The translations under genes were made by a program, and so were the position numbers. DNA of 64,000 bases, from positions 48,732,001 to 48,796,000 of the forward strand of contig NW_026262581.1 in the NCBI RefSeq assembly GCF_021869535.1, read 5' to 3'. The notes below the pieces were generated by a model. The model was not told where the DNA came from. It did no database searches and saw only the letters and a list, made by a program, of their open reading frames with translations. Below are positions 28,381 to 41,829 of this stretch, piece after piece (the first letter of the stretch is position 1; each line of letters begins with the position of its first letter). This stretch comes from Mytilus californianus. Its lineage: Eukaryota.

Positions 28381-31150
28381 TATATTGGTTATTGGCGGTA
28401 ACTCGAAATATTTTCGTTACATTTCAATCGATCTTCAAATTACGAATAAAACCAACACAAAAAGGGTGAGTATCAGATACTCACCTACTATATCAAACCA
28501 GATGATAAGAAAAAAACAGTATAACAAAAATATCGAACTCAAAGATAAATTCAGGAAAGGGAAGTCTATAAAACTTTCAAAATCAAAAGTTATCAAATAA
28601 CGGAACGAGTAAAAAGCAACTGTCGTATTTTTAACTTAATACTGGTTTTATAGCTAGCTTAACGCCTGTTTAAAGTTAGGCACTAAGAGATTTTAAGAAA
28701 TATTTTAAACTGGAATTTGTAAACACTATAATTCATTTCAGGCCGAATTACGGTTTATCTTGGATAAATTGTTATTCAAATGGTTCCAATTAATACATCT
28801 TTGATTCAAAGGTTGATGTAATTGGGAACAGTAGTAAACTAAGAAAAGGTACTCAGAACAAACAGGTTGAAAAGTCATGAACTGGTCTCTATTTGTTATC
28901 CTTATTTTCCCATACACATTCCCCTTAACTTATGTGCTGAGTTAACTATACGTCGAATCTTATTTACCAAAATAATAAGTCATGTGATTTGTTTGACCAT
29001 TCATAGCATTGGGAACAGATATTAAACGGTCTAAGAAGAAATTTATAGATAGCAGCTTGCTCAAGTTTGCGTTTGAAAAGACATGGCTTAAAAGAAAGCG
29101 GGGTTTGAGTTTGAAATATACTACACTGTGTAAATTGTGCACAGACCAGCATAGTGATTTTGCACACCAGACGCGTGTTTCGTTTGTAAGAGAATCATTA
29201 GTATCGTTCAAACATTTGGCCTAACTCAATACGAAGTAAAAGAGCTTTATATACCAAAGATATAGAATGATTGTGCCAAATACGGTTAAGACAATCTATA
29301 CCCTCTAGTAGAAAGCCCTAAGTGCTTCAAATATTTGGCTGATAATACCGTCGGGGAAGAAAATTCCACCAGCAGTGGCATCGACCCAGTGATTGTAAAA
29401 ACTCATCAAAGATACAAAGATTGTAAATTTGCAAGACGTGCATTTTGTTTGCAAAGACTCACGTTCCCATCAGGCATTTCGACAACAAAAATTCAGAGAA
29501 GGCAACTAATTATTATTATATAAAAAGTACTCAGAAATGGCAAAGTATTATGAATAATAAATAAAATATGATTTCGAACTAATGAAAATTATTGCGAGGT
29601 TTTTATCAATGCGAATAATGCCACTGACTGACTCAATAATATAAACTCGAACTCTTATATCTGTTACACAGATATGTTTGAAGATATTCCTAAAATTACA
29701 ATAATTAATTTTGCATTTTGTCCGTATTTAAAATATTGCAATAACAAATGCAAGCAGTTATTTCTGAATTTACAGTATTCTATGGGTGTTTTCAACCCTG
29801 TACAATACCAAATGTATGTTTGTGTGTGGCCTTACAAACTTTTTATTTTTTCCATGTATATGTATGACACAGGTGTAGTGCGTACGGAATCGGTATATAG
29901 TTTTGATTTTACTACCATTTAAGTTTTAATGCTAAAAGCTACTTCCGGTAAAGTATATGTCCCCTAGTAGATAACAAACATTCAAGCGCTTGTTATTCAA
30001 ACCATGATTTCCTTGATAGAGGACATGACTGAACCAAAGGGTTAATAAACTTAATGATAAGATTTGAGTAAGTTCTTCGAATTTTTTTACAGACTCAATC
30101 ATGACTTGATTGACATCGTCCTGAAGATCATAGATGAGTTCGCGTCCTTGTTCATAGCTTGTCACCAAAAACTATGATAAATGGAAGTTTACTCTAAAAA
30201 CAAAGTTGTGTACTACTTAAGGAGCAGGAGATGCTCACCCTTTATTGGGCATTTGTGTTCCTCCTAAAACTATCTATGTTAAATTGTTGCCGCTCTGTGC
30301 AATTTCTTGTTTATAAAGTGTAATCTTAAATTTTGTTAGTGAACATTGTTTGTTTTGTTTGTATCCTATTCATTGTTTGCCTCGGCATGTCTCTATTTCT
30401 TCGTCTTTGGTACTTTTTGAAGTAGTTTTACTTGTCATCTATCGTTTATTTGAGTGTTAAGACCCTTTCGAGTTTCTTGGTATTTGTTGGCCACGAATTT
30501 AAGTATGCAAAATACAAATTTCATTTCCGCTTGTTTAAAATATGTATTGTTGTTCTTCGTCATTACCCCAATTGAACAAAATTTCTTTTTTCGATATCTA
30601 TAAAACCGTTTGATGATTTTTTTCTTCAATATCTCATCATTAAATCTGATTTCATGTTCTACAGCGAAATAGAACCAGATAAGTCTATTTTACCATATAA
30701 ATATAGAAGCACAGATAAACTGGGAAGTGTTATTTTTATTGTCATGCTATAAAAGCTGTATGTTTGCTTACAAATGTAATATTGATACTCTGAAATTTCC
30801 ATAAAAAAAAAGTTTTCGGGTGAGGTAAGGTAGTTATCAAATATGGAACCTCGAAGAGGGCTTCTGGAACCCTTTTACCTGTCTATCAAATATAAAAATA
30901 AGAGTTTGTGGCATGATTGCCAATGAGACAACTCTCCATCAGAGAAGTAATGATGTAGAAGTTGACAACTATAGGTCAGCGAACGACCTTCAACAATTAT
31001 CAAAACCCATACCACAAAGTAAGCTATAAATACTTCATATGTATCGTTAAATTTTAATGACCGACCATATAAATGTACAAATATCAAGTAACAAAATAAA
31101 CATGATATTTCTTGAGGTAAACTATTTTCGCAATTAAAATATTTCCTTAA

Positions 31151-31425
31151 GGTGGTACCCAACACCTTGACTAATATTAATTTGGCTCGTTTAATTTTCA
31201 TAAAATTTTGACAAAATGTTTACTTTGACCCTTTGACAAAAATATAAAAATTTCAAAAAATTTGAACCAACCACTTTATCAGAAAAAATTTCGTTGGTTA
31301 TATAGCAGTTTGACAAACACTAATTTTGATCATTGAGAAGCTTAATATTTCCTTAACAATACAACGTAATTAAAACGTTTAGCTGATTTTTACAGAGTTA
31401 TCTCCCTGTAGAGTTAGGTACCACC
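31151..31425. mobile_element. 275-bp MITE with TTAA target duplication and GG…CC ends (Kolobok-like)
   Basis: TIR GGTGGTACCYAAC; TTAA on both sides. Empty sites CCTTAAAC in paralogous flanks at ~6533 and ~45823. Confidence 0.85.
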
Positions 31426-31557
31426 TTAAACGTTATTCTATGACATTATTCTGGTTTCATGTATACCTATTTTTATAAACAAATATTATTTGGCTTCACT
31501 CGAAAAAGTCTTAACACTCAACCTTTCTCCGTTGTCCTTAGGTGAATGATATTCTCC

Positions 31558-34372
31558 TTGAAATTACGTAGAATTTACTTTTAGTTCGTGCATTTTCTGA
31601 AGCCAACACATTGCGCACTCTCTGTTAGGTAGGCAAAGACAGAAATAATGGTAATGGTCACTTTTAAAAAATAAATTTGAAAAATCGACTTTTCGCTTAG
31701 CACTCACTTACAAAATAACAAATTGATGTTTTAACCATTGTTGATGTCTACATCGATCACTGTTAAACTTTCATAATGTAACCACGGTCTGCACTGCAAT
31801 TGTGCCAAAAAGGACTTTTTTGAAAAAAAGTTGATATCCACGGCAAATCAAACATAAAAACACGATAGATGACAAGTAAAACTACTTCAAAAAGTATCAA
31901 AGACGAAAAAATACAGACATGCAGAGTCAATCGATGAAATGGATATAAACAAAACAACCAATAGATATAAGATCTGTGGTATGAGTGCCAATGAGACAAC
32001 TCTCCATCCAAGCCACAACTTGTAAAAGTAAACCATTATAGTTCAAAGTACGGCCTTCAACACGCATCCTTTGCTCACACCTAACAGCAAGCTATAAAGG
32101 GCCCCAAAAATGACTAGTGTAAAACCATTCAAACAGGAAAACCAACTGTCTAATCTTTATAAAAAAACACGAAACACTTATGAATCAACAAACGACAACC
32201 ACTGAACATCAGGTTCCTCACTTAGGACAGGTGCAAACAAATGCAGCGTGTTTAAACGTTTTAATAGGCGCCAACCTTCACCCTACCTGAAACAAGAGTG
32301 TTACATCACAACATAGAAAGACACACTATAAAATATCAATTGAAATGACTTAACTCAATCAAAAGACATATGAACACAAACAAGTGAACATACACTGAAC
32401 GAATAAATTTGATCTATAACACAATGTAAATACAAAATTAATAAAACAAGGGGTTAGATATTTAAAAATATCAGAGAGACAACCATAACCTTGGACAAAA
32501 TGCCGCCAAATAAAATAACGTACACAGGTAAATAAAAATAATTTTGTTGTAAGGTATACATGGAGTACGAAAATAATTTTTACCAAATAATTTTGTTGTT
32601 CCGAGTACGAGAACAAAAGAGAAAATTTATCGTCATACTGAACACTTATCAAAGGTGGTATATATTAAAGATAGTGAGACTAGATATAACACCGAATAAG
32701 TACATTAAATAACAAAAATACATTTCAAATTGTATCAACAGGTCAAATTAACACGAAAGTACGATTTGAGAGTACTCGCTGTTACTGAAAGCTAGTTAAA
32801 AGCCAACAACAATTAATAATAAAAAATCATGCATCAGAGACTAAAATCAACTAAAACACATCCCAGGTATTTAATGTTTTATCGTCATGGACAGTCAAAG
32901 AAGATATGACTTGTGCAATGCCAAAATGTCTCTTCAGTGATGTTAGGAATCGAAACGGTATTTGAAATTACGTAGAATTTACTTTTAGTTCGTGCATTTT
33001 CTGAAGCCAACACATTGCGCACTCTCTGTTAGGTAGGCAAAGACGGAAATAATGGTAATGGTCACTTTTAAAAAATAAATTTGAAAAATCGACTTTTCGC
33101 TTAGCACTCACTTACAAAATAACAAATTGATGTTTTAACCATTGTTGATGTCTACATCGATCACTGTTAAACTTTCATAATGTAACCACGGTCTGCACTG
33201 CAATTGTGCCAAAAAGGACTTTTTTGAAAAAAAGTTGATATCCACGGCAAATCAAACATAAAAACACGATAGATGACAAGTAAAACTACTTCAAAAAGTA
33301 TCAAAGACGAAAAAATACAGACATGCAGAGCCAATCGATAAAATGGATATAAACAAAACAACCAATAGATATAAGATCTGTGGTATGAGTGCCAATGAGA
33401 CAACTCTCCATCCAAGCCACAACTTGTAAAAGAAAACCATTATAGTTCAAAGTACGGCCTTCAACACGCATCCTTTGCTCACACCTAACAGCAAGCTATA
33501 AAGGGCCCCAAAAATGACTAGTGTAAAACCATTCAAACAGGAAAACCAACTGTCAAATCTTTATAAAAAAACACGAAACACTTATGAATCAACAAACGAC
33601 AACCACTGAACATCAGGTTCCTCACTTAGGACAGGTGCAAACAAATGCAGCGTGTTTAAACGTTTTAATAGGCGCCAACCTTCACCCTACCTGAAACAAT
33701 AGTGTTACATCACAACATAGAAAGACACACTATAAAATATCAATTGAAATGACTTAACTCAATCAAAAGACATATGAACAAAAACAAGTGAACATACACT
33801 GAACGAATAAATTTGATCTATAACACAATGTAAATACAAAATTAATAAAACAAGGGGTTAGATATTTAAAAATATCAGAGAGACAACCATAACCTTGGAC
33901 AAAATGCCGCCAAATAAAATAACGTACACAGGTAAATAAAAATAATTTTGTTGTAAGGTATACATGGAGTACGAAAATAATTTTTACAAAATAAATAATT
34001 TTGTTGTTCCGAGTACGAGAACAAAAGAGAAAATTTATCGTCATACTGAACACTTATCAAAGGTGGTATATATTAAAGATAGTGAGACTAGATATAACAC
34101 CGAATAAGTACATTAAATAACAAAAATACATTACAAATTGTATCAACAGGTCAAATTAACACGAAAGTACGATTTGAGAGTACTCGCTGTTACTGAAAGC
34201 TAGTTAAAAGCCAACAACAATTAATAATAAAACATCATGCATCAGAGACTAAAATCAACTAAAACACATCCCAGGAATTTAATGTTTTATCGTCATGGAC
34301 AGTCAAAGAAGATATGACTTGTGCAATGCCAAAATGTCTCTTCAGTGATGTTAGGAATCGAAACGGTATTTG
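31558..34372. repeat. Near-identical direct tandem duplication, period ~1404 bp
   Basis: Unit 2 starts at 32962 with TTG microhomology at the junction. Shadow ORFs 31763..32011 and 33167..33415 are offset by 1404. Confidence 0.95.
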
Positions 34373-35105
34373 GAAGGCCATATAATTTACCTCAATTTAG
34401 GATAGACTCTTGAATTTTGAAGAGTCGAAATAGGATAATATATAGATAGAGTAATCTCTATATAGAAAATGAACGTGGATGTGTATTTATACATCCCAAA
34501 AAAAACGTTTGAAAAGAATACAAATTTAGTTATGTCTTAATCTGCTGATGACAAAATCGATATTTACGCCAATGTAAACTATATTCAAAGATCTAATTAC
34601 AACATTGGTAAGATAACCTTTACTAATAAGTTTGTTTAAAGGTTCGATTAGTTTACACGGATCACAAAGTGATTTCCACGCTTTTAGTACAATATTACCG
34701 TGAAATTTAGCATGTGAAATACCGTTTGTAATAAGTTTTCTACAGATACAGCCAAATTTACTAATCAAATCTTTGTATCTATGAAAGAATTTAGTAAAAG
34801 TTTTAAGCAATTTATGGTAACGAAATCCCTGACTTGATAATTTACCAGTGATGCATTGATCACGTTCGTTAAAATCTATGACATCACTACACACACGGGT
34901 ATAACGAACGAGTTGGGATATATAAACACCGTATGATGGAGCCAAAGGAACATCGCCGTCTAAAAAGGAAAAAATAACAATAGGGAATGAAAAATCGCCT
35001 CTTTTGTCGTAAATTTTAGTATGGAGTTTCCCTTTAGAAATTGAAATGTCTAAATCTAGAAAAGGACAACTACTGCTGCTTATGTTAGATTTATTTAAAG
35101 TAAGT
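33365..35105 (-). mobile_element. 5'-truncated Penelope-like retroelement fragment (RT C-terminus 34526-35105, frameshifted) with long 3' region
   Basis: Translates to …PFLDLDISISKGKLHTKIYDKRGDFSFPIV…PSYGVYISQLVRY…QGFRYHKL, the post-catalytic RT region of Penelope-like elements. Collinear with 41830-43670 in the opposite orientation. Confidence 0.75.
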
Positions 35106-35282
35106 TCTTTATATCTTTTTGCTGTTTCAATTTTTCTGAGTAGGATTGCTTTGACGCCTAAATAATCAATATGTTGTATTGTAGTATGGAAAAGTTATAC
35201 AATAACACAAACTGAATTCAACATTTTATTTTATAAAAAAAATAAATAAGTGTTCAAAGTCTGGATTTCGGTGATGTGCTGT

Positions 35283-36637
35283 TCATCGTGTGTATCCATT
35301 AGACGGCCTTCTTCGACAAATCATGTGACAATTAACAGTTGCACAGTATTTGTTCGTTGGACAATCTCCATCACGATGACACTCTTTTTTGCAACCAATT
35401 GCTCCACTTACTACTGATTGAGAAACGACCCTTGAACCAGAAGTACGTACTGATCCACCACGTCTTAAAGAAACTGTGTCTAATACATCAAGTCCACTTC
35501 GTCTCAGGTTGGTTGCGTCAAGAATATCAGAACCTGCATGACCAGAAATTCCACGGCTTCTACCTATTGTTTCCAAATGAGAATTGCTAGATAGGTCAAA
35601 ATTTTTAGCCAGACCAGATGAACCAATTCTACTGCCAGATGATAAATGACCATCATTTCTTGAAACTCTATTCAAGTCAGATGATAAACTTCTAAATATT
35701 TCCCTTCTGATAGAGTCCGACAAACCAGATGCACCAATTATACTTCCAGAAGAAATTTCGACGCAGTAACTGCTACAGCCATTGTGAACACATTTATGTC
35801 CTGAACGACATAATTTATCTCCTCCACACCCATAATGACAATTATTGATACTGTCATCGTCAGATAAAGCACGTGAAATACCAGCTGAGGAGCCTCTAAT
35901 GATTTCAGATACAGATGTCCTGCTTCCAACAGAACCCCCCGACAATCTCGTACTGCCCGATGACCCACGTGTTATAAATTCATTGCCTATTCCATGAGAT
36001 GTTCCAAATGCTCTTGATCCTGTTCGTCTATTTGCATCAATTACATCCAATGCAGAAAGGGACCTGCCACCACGACGCCCGTTTAAATCTCTTCCAAGTG
36101 TGTTTTCGACTTGTAAAACCTTCTTCACTCCATGTATATCTAATGCATGCTTTTCCGTTGGTGTGTAGGCTGTAAAATTAAATATCGAACAATTCTTATT
36201 ATCCTCACAAATCAAGTAATACAAAATACATTACAGATGAACTACTATCTACATACAGGATATGTATTGCCAATAAGACAATTATTCACTATAAACCAAA
36301 GGATGATGTAAACAACTACAGGCCGTACGGTGTCAGTCCCAATCAAAGGACATACCGCATAGTAAGCTTTAAATGACTCCACATGACCAAATGTGAAACA
36401 AATCAAAACAAAACAATCAATCGTTTCAAAATTTTACATTATAATTTACAAAAATATGTAGATATTGTAATATTCTTTCTTATATACTTTAATTATATAT
36501 ATATTTTTTGGAATTCCTTCAGTAAGGTATTTAGATTTTATCTCAACATGGAAAATAGCAAATCGAATATTTTTCTTACCGGCTACTATCATTATGGTCA
36601 CTGCCACCGAAAAGAATATGGTCTGGAATCTCATCAT
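35283..36637 (-). CDS. Copy 3: secreted Ser/Gly/Arg-rich two six-Cys-module protein, 314 aa; join(36637..36580, 36169..35283)
   Basis: Signal exon MMRFQTIFFSVAVTIMIVA ending G|GTAAG; acceptor TTACAG; 410-nt intron; all 12 Cys intact. Confidence 0.9.
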
Positions 36638-37805
36638 CTCTAAGAATTCTGAAATTAACAGGATAAACGTTATTTCTTAGAAAATCATATTGACACATTG
36701 AATACAAATCAGTTAATAAAACATTACATGTTTTTATTATAGACCTGCTAGAAAACAATCTGCAGCGATACCTTTACTTGTTTGGGGTATACAAAAATGA
36801 CAGATTTTCTTTATTCTAAGCCAAACTTAACGATTGATTGTTTTTGCTTTCGAGCAACAGGTTGTTCAAAATCGAGATGTTGTTAAGTATTATATCTGAA
36901 AAAGGCATTATCATGTTCATTAAATAAAAAACATCGCTGTCGTAAAAAGTTTTGGAATTAAGGATTTAAAGACAGCTCTTCTAAAATTAATTCTGAAAAT
37001 AGAATAATCACTAGGAAAAGACGGAAATGGGGGGGTATTTCACTGTAATGGTTTTAAACGGATATCTTTGAAAATTAAAACAGGAACAAATAATCTCAAT
37101 GTGGACATTTTGTCCTCAAAAATAATATAAATAATATCAATATTTATAAGCCAGATGCGCGTTTCGCCAATTAATGTATCTTCCGTGATACTCAAGGCCA
37201 AACTTTTTGAAAATACAATATTGAAGAGCTGATCATACAAAAGAAAAAATAGAGTACAGCAAATTTAGAAAAAGAATTGCAGCAATTAATCATGTTATAT
37301 AAGATTTCAATTGATAATACACTATGAGATTTGGTTGATATTACAAATCAGAAAATTATGATAGAAATTAATTCATGAATAAACAAATAAAGAAAAAGGA
37401 ATTGAAGCAAAATATCAATCTTAACCTTGTTTCACTTGAATTGATTTTCAATATCTCAAAAATATTTCAGTCCGGTTTTCACTTCCGATAGATTCTAAAA
37501 CGCAGTAAAAATAATATTTATCAATAAAATATACTTTGAAGCAGTATTTTGTTATAAATCGTGTCTCTTACTTTTCAATTACAGAAATTTTAAACAATTT
37601 CAGTATATCATTCTTTATAAAAGTAAACTAAATTGTTTCTTTCTTTTAAAGGAGCAAATGTTTCATTGGAAGTATAGAATTATCTGTACGCTTTAAATTT
37701 AATAAATCATAATTTTATAATGACTTATTTCCTGCTATCTTTATCACTATTGCATTATTGGTTGGTTTTATTCATAATTGAAAGTAATTTACCCATAAGC
37801 CTTAC

Positions 37806-37874
37806 CTTTGTTTGAAGCTATTGGAAGGATTTCTTATGAATACTGTTTTACTGCTTTAAAATCGTTCTTTTATA
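37806..37874 (-). promoter_or_regulatory. Putative core promoter and non-coding first exon of copy 3 (TATAAAA 37874-37868; Inr-like ACAGT start ~37844; donor AAG|GTAAG at 37805)
   Basis: TATA lies 30 nt before the inferred start. Gives a 1157-nt intron to the TTTCAG acceptor at 36649. Confidence 0.65.
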
Positions 37875-38517
37875 CCGCTTTAATTATTTTGTTTATGATT
37901 GACATCCAAAACAAGGAAATTTGTAACTGAACCACAAATGATGAATTCGTTAATTATAGTTAAAAACTTTAAATGTCACGACGATGTCGTAGTACTACGA
38001 AATTGCAGATTATGCATATATTAGGATATGTACTAAGGGTCAATAACACATTTTGTTTCCTCCTACAACAAACATATTTTTCATGACATCATAAATTTTA
38101 ATGTCACCATGTCTCAATTCTATTAAATTGTGGATTAAATTTACTTTTTAAAAGGTACTAAAGTCGAAACAACATATTTGTCATTATGTCATAGTACATG
38201 TAGTTATTACGAAATATCGTTTTGACTTTTTGACAATATGGTTAAATACGCACGTTATTATATTCGTTATAAGTTAGAGACTTGTACTGTTTTAATAAAA
38301 ACAAACCAGACGCCTTTTATTTCCTCATGGTATGGACGTAAACATTTTTCAATTAAAATAGTTTGAAAATCACTGCTTAATATTCTATCCAATTGATCTT
38401 AAGATCACAGCGATTGTTTAGACTCATTACGTATCAGATTTTACCACGCTTGAGCTTACGTTAAGAAAATGTTCGAGAACCATTATAAATTAGCACCAAA
38501 CTGTTAAACAATAAAAA

Positions 38518-38935
38518 CACTATTAAACCGATTTTGATATGAAATGGTTATTCTGATCTGAATACCTCTTAAAAGATTGAACAGTAAATTACTACGTCAG
38601 TTTCAGTTTTTCGGTAAATTTTCTGACTTATCCACTGTGGTTAGTTCAGAACTGTTCAGTCATTTCGATAGCAGTCAATTAAGATCTATTTAGACTATGT
38701 CCAGACTGTTCAGTAGCTTCTATTTACCTGTACACAAAACATCAAACTGGCCTGTCAGAAATGCTACTGAAAAGTACTGAATTGACTGCAAGTAAACTGT
38801 CTGAACAGAACTGAGTTTACAGTGGTGGACAAGTCTGAAAATTGACTGGAAAGCTGAATATGACTGAATAATTTGTTGTTCAGACTATTCAGATCCTGAT
38901 GAAAATGACCGTCAGAGTTATATTCATTTCTAGAG
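38518..38935. mobile_element. ~418-bp CACTA-type MITE
   Basis: Starts CACTA and ends CTAGAG (one change from CTAGTG); flanked by AAA/AAA. CAGT/ACTG-rich interior resembles the TIR region of 8513-24371. Empty site at ~25975-25985. Confidence 0.65.
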
Positions 38936-41829
38936 AAAAATTCTCGGTTTTCATGTATCTTACAGATCTTCTCTACATGTTCCATCATAAAATTCAAGTT
39001 GAAAAGGATTTGACATCTCTATTGTACATGTTGTAGTTATAAATTACGAACAATTCAAACTAGTTACTAGTATATGTTCTTTAATTTACGTCTACGTATG
39101 CATCAACCATAAAATTTGCTTTACATGGTTGAATAGGAGAATACTAATTTTCATTTTGTCATTAACAGAGCAGCTGGAAGATACTGAAAGGCTATTAAAA
39201 CTAATACGTCAAAGATCGACTGACAACACTCAAACAGAATACGACCAAAAGACAAATAACAGTCTACAAACGCTACAGAGAAAACTAAGGACCGAGCTGT
39301 ACCTAAAGCCGGGACAGTCTCAAGTGTTCTGGAGGATTCAGAATATCCTGCAACACATATGGCATCCGTCGTGTTGCTCATGGCAAGAACAAACTGTTGG
39401 CTAGGCCTTAATCGGGGATATCGAGAAAAGAAGACGGGATTGTAGTGACGACAACTGGTACATATCTGTCATCATCTGTGAAGCAGATTGAAAATCAAAA
39501 TTGACTGAACTTTCACAATCAATAGTAAAAACAGTTTTTCATATTACAAATGCAGAATGTAATAAAACAGGGCTCCCTGAGTTTGCTTTCCTAGGCTGAT
39601 TAGAGATATTGTATGACAGAGGAAATTTAAATAAAACTATTAAAAAAAGAAAAAAAAGAAAAATAAACGTTTTATTTTGAAAGATTATAATCTTTAGAGT
39701 TTCGACATGAAAGCCTACTGCGATATTGTGGTACAGATTTTATTGAAATGACATGTAATGTATGAAGGACATATCAATCACATTTATATTTACCCTTATA
39801 CAATGATATCTTAAGTCATATCAAAAGATTCATATTACCATTGGATATATCATGTTACCACTCTTAACTTAAGTCACTTGATAGGTTTGTCTGGAATAGG
39901 ACACTGTTTTCCTAATTTTCCGGCATTTTTAATAATTTTTGTGCATTCTTATTATTATCTAAAATGCTCTTGTTCCCGTCTAAAACATTTATTTAATTCA
40001 TAACTATGAATCTCAAATTGTTTTGTGATGTTCTAATAGTGATCAGCAGCCATGCGTAATAAATTTTGGTAAAACATTTTAAAATTATATCCTTCTATTG
40101 GCAGATAGGACTTATTATGTTTGTATTAGCGTAGGAAAGGTAATGAAATGCTTTTTGGGGAATACTAGAATATGACTGGATAGAAATATGACATATTCAA
40201 GATACAATATATATATATATATATTGGTTATTGACGGTAACCCGACACATTTTCGTAACATTTTAATCGATCTTCAAATTATGAATAAAACCAACATAAA
40301 AAGGGTGGGTAAAAGACAACGCACATACTATATCAAACCAGGTACTTAGAAACAAAGATAATACTTAAACAAGAAACGAAAAGAGAGTAAAAAATTGAAA
40401 CATTTCAGCAGTACAATTTACGAAAAATAAAGTTATATTGAAGTCATACCATACTCTGCATGCCAAACAGGTTATTGAGATGTACAGAAATTACAGTTGC
40501 GATTGATCTGTTTTGGATTTTGTATGATCTAGGATAAGCTTAGATATGTGGTATGGGTTTGCTCATTGTTGAAGACCGTACAGGGATCTATAGTTGTTGA
40601 CCTCCACGTTATTTGGTGTCTGGTAGAGAGTTGTCTCATTGGCAATCATACCCTATCTTCTTACTTTTTTTTCAGCATATATGTATTGTCTATCTGCTTG
40701 AACTCTGTAAGTTACTGCATCAAAAAAAAATTTAGCCACACTGACTTAATGCGTAAAAAAGTGTCACAAAAATAAAACCGAACTCGAAGGTGAATACAAA
40801 AAGGATGTCTATAAAACTTTTTAAATCAAACGTAATCAACAAACGGAACGAATGAAAAGCAACTGTCATATTCCTGACTTAATGCAGGCATTTTCCGAAG
40901 AATATGATGGAATAAACCTGGATTTATAGCTAGGCAAATACCTGTTTAAAGTGAGGCACTAAGACATATCAAGATATATTTGAAACATTCAATACTATAA
41001 TTCATTCCAGGCCGAATTTCGGTTTATCTTGGTTAAATGTCAAATGGTTCCGATTAATACATCTTTGATTTAAGGGTTGTTGTAATTGGGAACAGTAGCA
41101 AAATTATAAGAAAAGGAACTCAGGAAAACAGGTTGAAAATCAAGAGCTGTTCTCTATTTGTTATCCTTTTTTCCCAAACAAAAATGAATTTCCCCTTAAT
41201 TTATGTGTTGAATTAGCCATTCGTCGGTGACTAATACGGCGATTCTTATTTACCAAAATCATCAGTCATGGGACTTCGGTTTGACCATTCAGAGCATTGG
41301 AAACAGATATTGAAGGGAATGCTGAGCTTATATGTATTAAACGGTTTTATAGATAGCAGTTTGCTCAAGTGTTGCGTTTGAAAAGATATAGCTTAAAGGA
41401 AAACGGTGCTTTGGTTTAAAAATATTACACTGTGTAAATTAGGTACAGGCATTTAAACATGATAAAGATATATCGGTTTTTTTACAATAATGACGTAAAA
41501 ACCTGAAAAATACACCATCATAGAGATTTTGCACACCAGACGCGTGTTTCGTCTGCAAACAGTTGACCAAACTAAATACGAAGTTGAAGAGCTTGATATA
41601 CTAAAAATTTCGAATGTCTGTGCCAAATTAAGACCATCTATACTCACTGGTAGAATATTTGGCTGATAATACCCTCGGGGAAGAAAATTTCATCAGCAGT
41701 GGCATCGACCAAGTGGTTGTAAAAACTCATCAAAGATACAAAGATTGTAAATTTGTAAGTCAGACGTGCATTTTGTTTGCAAAGACTCACGTTCCCATCA
41801 GGCATTTCGACAACAAAATTTAAGAAGAA

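Larger units (their letters stand above)
24372..29930. repeat. Segmental duplicate: intron 1 and upstream region of copy 2, paralogous to ~36890-44560 (copy 3)
   Basis: Collinear, e.g. TTAAAAACTTTAAATGTCACGACGATGTCGTAGTACTACGAAATTGC at ~25410 and ~37960, and AGAAATGGCAAAGTATTATGAATAA at ~29533 and ~43677. Confidence 0.9.
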
